Assembly (NCBI GenBank): GCA_963807925.1
Contig: CAWEDP010000003.1
Span: 192,049-256,048 of the forward strand
Direction: 5' to 3'
Source: an uncultured Acidobacteriota bacterium
GTDB taxonomy: Bacteria > Acidobacteriota > Vicinamibacteria > Vicinamibacterales > CAVVIG01
Length of the DNA: 64,000 bases
The stretch's first letter is position 1. Each line of letters begins with the position of its first letter. The notes beneath the pieces were generated by a model that was not told where the DNA came from, searched no databases, and saw nothing but the letters and a program-made list of their open reading frames with translations. The position numbers and the translations under genes are program-made. Positions 32,148 through 40,949 of this stretch are shown in pieces.

Positions 32148-33278
32148 ATGGTCAACACCTTCAAATCGATCACGGCGATAGGCCTGGGGCTGGCAGTCGC
32201 CCTCATCCCCTTCACCGCCGGCGCCCAGCAGAACGCGCCGGCGCCGGGGTCGTTCGACAAGATGGACCAGGCCGCGATCCAGCGTTCCTGGGAAATCCAG
32301 AACGAGGTCGCCAGGATTGCGGGCTCCAAGGACGCATTCATCGACCAGTTGATCAAGGACTGGGCGGCCGTTCTCGATCCGAACAAGTACGAGAATCTGA
32401 ACGCCGAGCTGGGGCCGATGATGCAGGCGGCAACGCCGTGGCAGTTGTACGCCGCCTCGCTGGTGGGCGACTTCAAGGGCATGATCCAGGTGCTCCTCGG
32501 CAAGGCGAGCCCGGGCACCTACATCAACGCCCTCAGCAGACCACAGCCGAAGGTCGCGCCGGCGGTCGGCGTGGACGCCCTGGGAAGCGGGACCGACTCG
32601 CTCGTCTTCACGCCCATTCCTCCGTGCCGCATCGTCGACACGCGGGGCACCGGCGCGCGCACGGGCGCCTTGTTTCCCGGCACTCCGAGGAGTTTCGACC
32701 TGACGACTACCGCGTTCACCAAGGGCCAGGGCGGCTCCACGTCCTGCACCGGGTTGCCCTCGTTCAGCTACTACGCATGGTCCGCGAATATCACGGTCGC
32801 CGGGTACACGGGGGATGGAGGCATCCAGGCGTACGGGTTCTCGGGCCCTGTGCCGGCCACGAGCGTCATCAACTACTTCGCCGGTTCGTACGCCATTGCC
32901 AACTCCGGGACGCTGACGGGCTGCTACGGCTGCGGCGACGACATCACACTCCTGGCCTTCGGCGCGCCGACGCACGTCATCGTGGACGTGATGGGGTACT
33001 ACCAGAACGCCGGCGGGTTCGCGGGCGGCGTGGTCACCCGTCTGGCGGGGACCACCACCAATGTTCTCGCCGGCGGCTTCAATTTCATCACCGGCGGAGT
33101 ATGTCCGGCCGGCACGGTGCTGATCAGCGGATCGCAGACCAACAGCGGAATCGGCACGATCAACACGTCGGACCACTTCGTCACGAACAACTCCACGCAG
33201 TGGTACGAATACATCAAGAACGTCGGCGCCTCCACCGAAACGGTCACGGTGTACTCGGCCTGCATGGACGTTCACTGA
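32148..33278 (+). CDS. Secreted hypothetical protein: helical N-domain plus a Cys-containing beta-rich domain with a P-x-R-(I/L)-x-D-T-R motif
   Basis: ATG 32148 with AGAGGA upstream. Signal peptide MVNTFKSITAIGLGLAVALIPFTAGAQQ. The core is ..LVFTPIPPCRIVDTRGTGARTG..SFDL..GLPSFSYYAWSANITVAGYTGDGGIQAYG..PATSVINYF..VIVDVMGYY... It is visibly less GC-rich than its neighbours. Confidence 0.6.
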   Translation: MVNTFKSITAIGLGLAVALIPFTAGAQQNAPAPGSFDKMDQAAIQRSWEIQNEVARIAGSKDAFIDQLIKDWAAVLDPNKYENLNAELGPMMQAATPWQLYAASLVGDFKGMIQVLLGKASPGTYINALSRPQPKVAPAVGVDALGSGTDSLVFTPIPPCRIVDTRGTGARTGALFPGTPRSFDLTTTAFTKGQGGSTSCTGLPSFSYYAWSANITVAGYTGDGGIQAYGFSGPVPATSVINYFAGSYAIANSGTLTGCYGCGDDITLLAFGAPTHVIVDVMGYYQNAGGFAGGVVTRLAGTTTNVLAGGFNFITGGVCPAGTVLISGSQTNSGIGTINTSDHFVTNNSTQWYEYIKNVGASTETVTVYSACMDVH

Positions 33279-33318
33279 CAGGCTTCGCCGCTCAGGCGGG
33301 TCGTGCGCCGGCCTGCGT

Positions 33319-34881
33319 CTACCGCAGGCCGGCGCGCGTGTCGGTTGTGTGAGGCGCTCTGGGGCGGCTCGAAAACAGCTCCACCACGGCCGCCCGCAGG
33401 GCCTCGCGATCGCCCGCCGGGATCATCGAGCTCAGAGTCATCAGGAACCACACGGCCAGCGGCACGGCCAGGACCGATGCGATGGCCGTGGTGGGCGCCG
33501 CCACGATCAGCAGGAATCCCGACCACGTGATGAGGACGTCGCGGTAGGCGCGGCGGCGTTCGGCTGTCGGCGGCAGCACCGACCGGGCGGCTACATACAT
33601 GAGCAAGGCGTCGATGCTGACGCGCGCAGCCCAGACCATCGCGACGCCGGTGATGCCGAACCGCGTGCCGACCACCCACAGGACCGCCGCGTAGACCGGC
33701 AGTTCGTACACCTGAAGCTTCGCGGTCACGTTGGCGCGCCCGGCGCCCTGCAGCAGGCTGACCGGAGTGATGGCGAGGCCGTTGGCGAACACCCCCAGGC
33801 AGATCCACCGCGCCGCGACGATGCTGTGGGCGGCGAAGTCACGGCCCATCCAGAGCGACAGCCACACCGGCGCCATGACGGCGGCTGTCACGGTGATTGG
33901 AGCGAGCGCCGCGTAACAGACCGCGTTCATCTTCAGGAACAGCCGCGCCACCGATTCACTGCGGAGCGCGGCGGCGGCGCTGAACGCCGGGAACACCACC
34001 GCGCCGACCGTGGCGGGCACGACGGTGATTTTGGTCAGGACCTCCTGGGGCGTGGAGTAGTAGGCGAGGACGGCCATCGAGGCCACGCTGCCGAGGACGA
34101 ACCGGTCGGCGCTCGACATCACGGTCGCGGCGACATTCGAAACGGTCATCCAGAAGCCGCTCGCCGACAGGTGCCACAGATCCGCCGGCGTGACGCGGGA
34201 TCGTCCCGCCGGCGGGAGCAGCGACCAGCCCATGAGCAGGTACAGCCCGCAGCCGACGACCCGCGCAGCCGCAATCAGGCCGACCGCCGCCGCCACTGAA
34301 TGGGACACCGGCAGCAGCAGCACCGGGCCGAGATAGGTGACGACGCCGATCGGCGCGCGCACGACATTGACCAGATCGAATCGCTGGTGCGCCTCGAGAA
34401 ACCCCCGAGCCGCCGATGAGGTCATCATGAACGGCAGCCCCGCCGCCAGCAGGTACAGCGCGACACGCGCCTCGCGGTGCAGCGCCGGCGACATGTTCAG
34501 CGATCGCGAAATGAGCGTCGGGGCCGCCAGGGCGAGCGCGGCGCCGCCAATCGCGCCGGCCATCAGAAGGACCGCGCACCCGCTCACCAGCAGCCCGCCC
34601 AGCCGGTCGTGATCCGAGAGGACCAGACGACCGGCGGTAATCTGCGTCAGCGCACGGCCCACACCCAGATCGAGAAGCCCGAATGAACCGAGCACCACCC
34701 AGGCGAGGTTCAACAGGCCCAGCCGCTCGAGGCCGGCCGTCCGCGCCAGTATCGGCATGCTGACCGCGGCCGCGAGGACCGGCGCGATCTGGCCGATGAA
34801 ATTCAGGCCGACATTCCGGACGAGCAGACGAGAGTGCGCGCCCGATCCGGAATCGCCGTACGTGTCCTGGCTTGTCGGCAA
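33319..34881 (-). CDS. Polysaccharide/oligosaccharide flippase (Wzx, MOP superfamily)
   Basis: About 14 TM helices. The N-terminal ..LVRNVGLNFIGQIAPVLAAAVSMPILARTAGLERLGLLNLAWVVLG.. is the typical polysaccharide-biosynthesis-protein pattern. It has a TTG start 13 nt downstream of the preceding GT2 stop. Confidence 0.75.
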   Translation of the reverse strand: MPTSQDTYGDSGSGAHSRLLVRNVGLNFIGQIAPVLAAAVSMPILARTAGLERLGLLNLAWVVLGSFGLLDLGVGRALTQITAGRLVLSDHDRLGGLLVSGCAVLLMAGAIGGAALALAAPTLISRSLNMSPALHREARVALYLLAAGLPFMMTSSAARGFLEAHQRFDLVNVVRAPIGVVTYLGPVLLLPVSHSVAAAVGLIAAARVVGCGLYLLMGWSLLPPAGRSRVTPADLWHLSASGFWMTVSNVAATVMSSADRFVLGSVASMAVLAYYSTPQEVLTKITVVPATVGAVVFPAFSAAAALRSESVARLFLKMNAVCYAALAPITVTAAVMAPVWLSLWMGRDFAAHSIVAARWICLGVFANGLAITPVSLLQGAGRANVTAKLQVYELPVYAAVLWVVGTRFGITGVAMVWAARVSIDALLMYVAARSVLPPTAERRRAYRDVLITWSGFLLIVAAPTTAIASVLAVPLAVWFLMTLSSMIPAGDREALRAAVVELFSSRPRAPHTTDTRAGLR

Positions 34882-34894
34882 CAGTGAGTCCGCG

Positions 34895-35705
34895 TCAACG
34901 ATTGAAGGGACGGTCGTACTCCGTCGAGAACACCGTCCGCCGTACCCTCACCATGTCGCGCACGGTCGCGATGACGTTGGCGATCGAGACCGACGATCCG
35001 CGGCCCATCTGACGCGGGAAGGTCTGGATGCCGACCTCGCCCACGCGAAACCCCTTCAGCATCGTCTTGATGGCCATCTCGGCGCCGATGAAGGGGCTGG
35101 TGGACACGAGATCCAGCAGATCGACCAGCTCCTTGCGCACGAGGCGCAGTCCGCAGCTGATGTCGCGGTACGGGCTGCGAAACATCAGCCTGAGCACGGC
35201 GTTGTACACGTAGGAGATGAACACCCGCACGCTGCTGTACCGCTTGACGTAGCGGAACGTGATGACGAGGTCGTAGTAGTCGCGAAGCCTCAGCAGCTTC
35301 CGAAAGTCGTCGATTTCGTACTCGTCGTCGCCGTCGGTGAAGGCGATCCACTCGAATCTCGCCGCGGCGAAGCCTGTCCTGAGCGCCTGGCCGTATCCCA
35401 GATTCTGAGGATGATGAATCACGCGCACCCGCGCATGGTTGCGGGCAAACTCCTCCGCCACCTCGCCGGCTCGAATCCGGCGAACCGTCGTCGACGATGA
35501 TCACCTCGTAGTCGTCGGCGACCTCCGACAAGAGCGCCACCGACTTGCCGGCTACCCTGGCGACGGTCGCTTCGTCCTTGTACACCGGGAAGAACAGGCT
35601 GATGCGGGGCTTGCGGTCGGACGGCAGGGGCCGCTCGGACTCCGGCGACGTCCCGCTGGCCGGTCGCTGCGGGGTGGCCACGGTTGGCGCGGCGCTCGTG
35701 TTCAT
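34895..35705 (-). pseudogene. Glycosyltransferase family 2, DPM1/GtrB/ArnC-like polyprenyl-phosphate sugar synthase, with one +1 frame break near 35468
   Basis: The N-part is in ORF 34803..35735 (..ISLFFPVYKDEATVARVAGKSVALLSEVADDYEVIIVDDGSPDS). The C-part is in ORF 34895..35461 (GEVAEEFARNHARVRVIHHPQNLGYGQALRTGF..IAFTDGDDEY..GAEMAIKTMLKGFRVGEVGIQTFPR..). Together they make one normal GT2. Confidence 0.75.
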
Positions 35706-35768
35706 GCGGGGCGTTCCACCGCGGCCATAGTACAACGACCAGGTCCCGACCTCCGGCTGAAGCCGGCG

Positions 35769-36449
35769 CTACGGGAGCCGGCGGATCCAGTCCGCAATGG
35801 CGCGCTGGGCGCGACCGAACAGCTCGAGCTGACGCGCCGCGTTCCTCGACGCCTTGAACGAATGGTCGCCGCCCTCGACCACGTGGAGCGTGGGCGTCGG
35901 CGTGAGGCGATCGAGCACCGGTTCGAGCTCCTCGGGAGTGCCGAACGCGTCCCGGCTCCCTTGCACGAAGAGCATCGGGCGGCCGACGGCCGCCAGGTGA
36001 GCGTCGCGCCGCTCGAGCGGACGGCCCGGCGCGTGAAGCGGATAGCCCAGGAGGACAATCCCCTGCACCGGTAGCTCGGGCTCCGCGGCTGCCACATGCG
36101 TCGCGATCCGGCCGCCCATCGACTTGCCGCCGATGACCAGCGTCGTGGCCGCGTCGGTCCGCCCGCGGACGGCGAACACGACGGCCCGGTAGCACGCCTC
36201 GAGCAGCGGTCGCCGGTCCGGCGCACGGCGCCGCTGTTCGGTGTAGAGAAAATTGAACGTGACGACGTCGAGACCGGTGCGAGTGAGGGCGCGGGCGAAT
36301 CCAACCATCCAGGCGCTGCGCTGATCGGCCCCGGCTCCATGCGCCAGAATCAGTCGGGCGCCGATCGGGTCGGCGTCGGCCGCGTAGGCGATGGCCGTCG
36401 TGCGCGCCTCGCCCTGAACGGCGACCGTGAAGGCCTCAGGATCGCTCAA
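35769..36449 (-). CDS. Alpha/beta hydrolase (KANL3/Tex30-like, dienelactone-hydrolase-like fold)
   Basis: ..LILAHGAGADQRSAWMVGFARAL..LVIGGKSMGGRIATHVA..LLGYPLH..MLFVQGSRDAFG..VVEGGDHSF.. Confidence 0.75.
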   Translation of the reverse strand: MSDPEAFTVAVQGEARTTAIAYAADADPIGARLILAHGAGADQRSAWMVGFARALTRTGLDVVTFNFLYTEQRRRAPDRRPLLEACYRAVVFAVRGRTDAATTLVIGGKSMGGRIATHVAAAEPELPVQGIVLLGYPLHAPGRPLERRDAHLAAVGRPMLFVQGSRDAFGTPEELEPVLDRLTPTPTLHVVEGGDHSFKASRNAARQLELFGRAQRAIADWIRRLP

Positions 36450-36984
36450 GGGCCTGGCGCACCTCGGCGTCCGTCTTGAGGGCGTTGTCCACCGACATCA
36501 CGCCGGACTGCATCACCAGCGTTCGCGCGAGCCGCCGATCGAGATCGTTGTTCACGACGCCGCTCAAGGTGACGTGTCCGTGCTCCACGATGATGTGGAT
36601 CGACGGGTTCGGCCCGAGCGCGTAGTTCCAGAAGTTCGGGTTGCCGTAGATGGCGTGCGCGATCTGGTAGCGCAGGCGATCGTCGGACTGCGAGACCGGC
36701 AAAACCCTGATGCGATCGCGAACCCCGGTCACGCCGGTCACGTCGGCGACTCGCTTGACGATGTCGTCCCGCTTGTACGGCATCGTCACGCGGCCGGTGA
36801 GCGCCACGACGCCGTCGTCGACGCTCGCGTTCACCTCGTCGAAGATGGTGAAGTGCGTGTAGCGGTTCACGGCCGCCGACACGTCCTTGTACACCTGCAG
36901 GTCTTTCCGCTGGTCGGCGCCGGCCGACGCGAGAGTTGCCGACAACGCGATGCCCGTGGCGGCGAGTAACAGCCTTTGAACCAT
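36436..36984 (-). CDS. Secreted BON-domain protein (OsmY-like, two BON domains)
   Basis: ATG 36984; signal peptide MVQRLLLAATGIALSATLASA. ..VNASVDDGVVALTGRVTMPYKRDDIVKRVADVTGVTGVRDRIRV.. and ..IHIIVEHGHVTLSGVVNNDLDRRLARTLVMQSGVMSVDNALK.. Confidence 0.85.
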   Translation of the reverse strand: MVQRLLLAATGIALSATLASAGADQRKDLQVYKDVSAAVNRYTHFTIFDEVNASVDDGVVALTGRVTMPYKRDDIVKRVADVTGVTGVRDRIRVLPVSQSDDRLRYQIAHAIYGNPNFWNYALGPNPSIHIIVEHGHVTLSGVVNNDLDRRLARTLVMQSGVMSVDNALKTDAEVRQALERS

Positions 36985-37115
36985 GTCGTCCCTCCTGGCT
37001 CGTGACTCTGGCAGCCGGGAGCGCAAGGGCGATGCCACGGTTCGGCCGTCAGAACCGGCGTGTTCGCCGCGACAAGTTGGTCCGCTCGGGGAGCTGTCCT
37101 GTGGCGAGGACATGG

Positions 37116-38261
37116 TCAGAAGCTCAGCGAATGGCCGGCCAGCGCCAGGCCGAGGCCGTAGGTCACCGCCGCCTCGATGATGCCGACGATGGTCATCTCG
37201 GCACCGCTCGCCCACCAGGACCGCGCGGTGACCAGCGACTTGGCGGCGCCCACGGCAAAGTGCGCCGCGGTGCTGACGGCGAACGACGCGATCACGGCCG
37301 GCATGCCGACGGTGAAGAAGAACGGGATGATCGGCACGAACCCGCCGACGGCGGTTGACAGCGAGGCCGACAGCGTCGAGCGCCACGGGTTGGGAAAGCT
37401 TTCCTCTGCGAGCCCCAGCTCTTCGTGGACCAGCGTCCGGAGGAACTGCTTCGGCTTCTTCTGCAGGCCCTCGGCCATCGTCCGGGCTTCGTCAGCGGAG
37501 AACCCTTTGAGCTGGTAGAAGAGCTCGAGCTCGGTGAGCTCCTCGTGCGGGTCTTCTTCGATCTCGACGCGCTCGCGCGCGATTTCCGATTCGTACACCT
37601 CGCGCTGCGACTTGGCCGACAGGTAAGCGCCGGCGCCCATCGACAGGGCGCTCGCCAGGGTGCCGGCGAGGCCGGCGGCGAGGACCACTTCGCTGCCGCC
37701 CGTGTAACCCGCCATGCCGGAGACGATGCCGAAGACCGCCCCGAGTCCGTCGTTGACGCCGTAGATGGCGTCGCCGATCCAGGACCCGCGGACGTGCCAG
37801 CGCTCGCGGCCGAGAATCGAATCGAGCGCGGACCGCGGCGTCGGCATCGGGCCGCCGGCGAGCACGCGGAGCGCCGAGGCGTGATCGCGCTCCTCGTGCA
37901 TGGCGTCTTCGGCGATCTGCCGGTCGGTCGGGTTCGTGAGCCGCGCCACCAGCTGCTCGTACTCCGCCTCGGCCCGGTTCTCTTCCTGTTCGAGCCGCTG
38001 GAAGACGATGGCCGGGTCGCCGATCCGCTGGAACCACGTCAGCCCGCGCTCCACCTCGCCCCGGTCCGGCGGCTGGCCGGTCGTCTGAGTGAGGCGTTCG
38101 GCCCACCGCGCGGCGTGCCTGTCTTCCTGCCCGGCCATCCGCAGCAGCAGGTCGCGGCGTTTGGGATCGCGTTCGCGCTCGGCCAGCAGCTTGTAGGTGT
38201 GCGCGGCCTCGACTTCACGCCGCCACATCTTCTCGAGCGTCGCCAGGTGGGTGTCGCTCAC
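37116..38261 (-). CDS. Er-VIT1 family protein (N-terminal ferritin/erythrin-like domain fused to a VIT1/CCC1 iron-transporter domain; MbfA-like iron exporter)
   Basis: The N-terminus has paired E..H motifs (..EVEAAHTYKLLAE..GQEDRHAARWAERL..EAEYEQL..MHEERDHASAL..). It is followed by ..IGDAIYGVNDGLGAVFGIVSGMAG.. and C-terminal TM helices typical of VIT1. Confidence 0.8.
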   Translation of the reverse strand: MSDTHLATLEKMWRREVEAAHTYKLLAERERDPKRRDLLLRMAGQEDRHAARWAERLTQTTGQPPDRGEVERGLTWFQRIGDPAIVFQRLEQEENRAEAEYEQLVARLTNPTDRQIAEDAMHEERDHASALRVLAGGPMPTPRSALDSILGRERWHVRGSWIGDAIYGVNDGLGAVFGIVSGMAGYTGGSEVVLAAGLAGTLASALSMGAGAYLSAKSQREVYESEIARERVEIEEDPHEELTELELFYQLKGFSADEARTMAEGLQKKPKQFLRTLVHEELGLAEESFPNPWRSTLSASLSTAVGGFVPIIPFFFTVGMPAVIASFAVSTAAHFAVGAAKSLVTARSWWASGAEMTIVGIIEAAVTYGLGLALAGHSLSF

Positions 38262-38265
38262 CGGA

Positions 38266-39012
38266 TCAGTGCACGAGCTTCCCGAACACCACGATTGTCG
38301 CGATGCCGGCGGCGATGAGCACCACCTGCCGCAGCGCGTTGGCGTCGATCTGGCCGCGATGGAGATCCGGAATCAGGTCCGACATCGCGATGTACAGCAG
38401 GCTGGCGGACGAGAACGCCAGGACGAACGGACGGATGGCCGGCACGACGCGAACGGCCGCGAACGCGAGGAGCGCGCCGAGAATCCCCGATCCACCGGAG
38501 GCGACGTTGAGGATCAGGGCGCGACGGCGGCTGTATCCGGCGCCGAGCAGAATCGCGACGTCGCCCACCTCCTGCGGAATCTCGTGCGCCGCCACCGCAA
38601 TCGCCGTGTTGATGCCGAGGGGCACCGACGACAGGACGGCGGCGCAGATGATGGCGCCGTCGATGAAATTGTGAAACGCGTCGCCGATGATCACGAGCGG
38701 CGCCGTGGCGCCGTGGACCTGACACGCATCGGTGTGGCAGTGCCGGAAGAGCACGACCTTCTCGAGCACGAAGAACACCAGGATGCCGACGAGCAGGGTG
38801 GCGAAGACGGCCGGCGGTTCGATGAGCGCGAGCGCTTCGGGCAGCAGATCGAGCAGCGCGACGCCCAGCAGCGCACCGACGGCGTAGCTGACGAGTCCCG
38901 GCACGAGCCGCTCGCGGATCGAGTCCTTGAAGAGAAGCAGCGCGGAGGCGACGACCAGACCGCCGAGGCTGCCCAGCAGGCTGAGACAGAGAACGGCGGC
39001 AAGGACGGGCAC
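38266..39012 (-). CDS. ZIP family divalent-metal transporter (ZupT-like)
   Basis: ..GDAFHNFIDGAIICAA..AVAAHEIPQEVGDVAILLGAGYS.. is the ZIP signature HE(I/L)PQE(L/V)GD. The protein has 8 TM helices. It starts 4 nt after the Er-VIT1 stop. Confidence 0.85.
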   Translation of the reverse strand: MPVLAAVLCLSLLGSLGGLVVASALLLFKDSIRERLVPGLVSYAVGALLGVALLDLLPEALALIEPPAVFATLLVGILVFFVLEKVVLFRHCHTDACQVHGATAPLVIIGDAFHNFIDGAIICAAVLSSVPLGINTAIAVAAHEIPQEVGDVAILLGAGYSRRRALILNVASGGSGILGALLAFAAVRVVPAIRPFVLAFSSASLLYIAMSDLIPDLHRGQIDANALRQVVLIAAGIATIVVFGKLVH

Positions 39013-39060
39013 GCGATATTGTATGTCACCGGGTTCTGCCGGCCGCGCGGACGCGCGCGA

Positions 39061-40135
39061 TCAGCTCGCGACGTATCCGCGGCGTGCCCGCACGCGGTAG
39101 CCGCCCTTCTTCAGCTCGACGCGGATCGAGTGCCAGCGTCCGTCCTTCTTCCCCGACGAGGGGTAGCCGAGATAGTACCTGCCGGCTCAACTCGTTGGCG
39201 ATCCCCGCCGTCGCCGGATCGAGGTCGCGGGGGTTCCGGACGATCTCGGTGCGACCGCCGCTGTCGTCCGTCATATCGCGCAGCGCGACCACGTTCACGC
39301 GGTCGTCGCCCTGATAGCGTGACCGACTGCCGCCCTGCCCGCCGAACTGCGGCAGCGAACTGCGCAGCGGGAACCGCCCGCGCGGCCGTCCCGGGAACGG
39401 CAGCGGCACCGGGAACGGGACGCGGGGCTGCGCCGGCGGCGGCTGGCGCCGAATCGTCTCGGATTCGCCATCGATGCCGACGGCGTACACGAGCACCTCG
39501 CTCTCCCGGATCGCCTGCTTGACCTCCGGGATGTCGGCGTGGCTGGACGTGTCGTTGCCGTCGGAGATGACGACCAGCGCTTTTTTCGGGTTCTTCCCCT
39601 GCGCCGCCAGCGGCACCGCGTCGAGCACGGCATCGTACATGGCGGTGCCGCCGGCGGGCACGATGCGTCCGAGCGCGCGCGAGATCAGCTGGCGATCGGT
39701 CGTCCATCCCTGCAGCAGCGTCGGGAAGTTGCTGAACCGGTACACGAACAGCTCGTCGCTCGGACCCAGCAGGTCGTAGACGAACCGATTCAGGGCGCTC
39801 TCCGCTTCGTGGATTTTGTCCCCCGCCATGCTGCCGCTGGTGTCGAGGGCGATGCCGAGACTGACCGGCACACGCTCGGCGCTGAAATGCGTGATCTCGA
39901 CCGGTTGATCGTCTTCGTACACGACGAAATCGTCTTTGGTCAGACCCGGCACGAACCTGCCGCTCTGGTCCGAAACCGTGGCCGTGACGTTGATAATCTC
40001 GACGCCGCTGCGGAACCGGAACGGGTCCTCAGATCTTCCGGCCGGGGGCGAGGTCTGCTGGCCGCGGACGCCGACCGCCAGCAGCGCGCAGAGGCAGGTG
40101 AGAGCCGGCAAAAGACGCTTGAACCCGAGGAGCAT
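39061..40135 (-). pseudogene. VWA-domain protein (VWFA-related acidobacterial family) with one +1 frame break at 39178
   Basis: A signal peptide is followed by ..FRFRSGVEIINVTATVSDQSGRFVPGLTKDDFVVYEDDQPVEITHF..VSLGIALDTSGSM..ALVVISDGNDTSS..VLVYAVGID... After ..IANELSRQ the family C-terminus YYLGYPSSGKKDGRWHSIRVELKKGGYRVRARRGYVAS* is found in the +1 frame and ends at TGA 39061-39063. Confidence 0.8.
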
Positions 40136-40345
40136 GGATCACCCGCCGTTCTTGCTGCATACGAGCATGATCGAGGTGACCTGTCAAGGACGCGCGCGGC
40201 CCCCCCGCCGGCGGCACGCAGGCAAAAGGCTTGCCGCGATCGTCCGCGCATTCGCTCGGCGGCCGCATTCGACGCCCGGTCCCGCTGTGCTCGCGGCCGG
40301 ACGCACCTGTCCTGTCCACAGGCCGTCGGGGCCGCACCGCGGGCG

Positions 40346-40922
40346 TCAGGCGGCGGGAGAGCGGGCGGGCCGGCGCTTGATCCCCTCGACGAACACGAGG
40401 CCGTCGCGGTCGGCGAGCGTTCGCACGGAAGAGAAGCCGGCGGTCTGCAGCGCGCCGACGAAATCGGGGCGCGCGCCACGCGGGCGGCTGAACCACGCGC
40501 GGACGCCACCGGGTGTGCCGGCCGTGACCACCATGACTCGTCCCCCGGGCCGCAGGACGCGGAGCGCTTCGCGGACCGCCGCGGCGCGTCGGTCGGTCGG
40601 CAGGCCGGTCAGCAGAATCGCCCGTGTCGTCCACCACGACGATGTCGAAGCCCTCATCGTCGAGCGGCAGCCCGGTGGGCGGGGCGGTGGAGATCTCGGC
40701 CAGCGCGCCGGCGTCCGCGGCGCCTTTGCGCGCGCGCGCCGCCGACGATTCGTCCGGCACCGCGACGACCGCGTGTCCCGAGAGCCCCACTTTGGACGCG
40801 ACGGCGCCGAAACGCCGGCCGTCGGCGCAGCCGATCTGCGCGAAGCGCTCGCCCATCTTCACCCCCGTCATGCCGACCACGAGCAGCAGTGCGTCGGTGT
40901 CGCGGCGAAACGGATTGAGCAC
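40346..40922 (-). pseudogene. Class I SAM-dependent methyltransferase with one +1 frame break near 40620
   Basis: The N-part is in ORF 40029..40922 (..LLLVVGMTGVKMGERFAQIGCADGRRFGAVASKVGLSGHAVVAVPDE..GFDIVVVDDT..). The C-part is in ORF 40346..40657 (..AILLTGLPTDRRAAAVREALRVLRPGGRVMVVTAG..DFVGALQTAGFSSVRTLADRDGLVFVEG..). GTG start. Confidence 0.7.
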
Positions 40923-40949
40923 GTGACCAGCTTACCTGATATATGATTT

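Noticed and set aside
40183-40188. TTGACA (minus strand) about 50 nt upstream of the VWA gene start at 40135, as a promoter -35 element
   Set aside because: No acceptable -10 hexamer lies at 16-18 nt (the best is TCGTAT). It is left uncalled.
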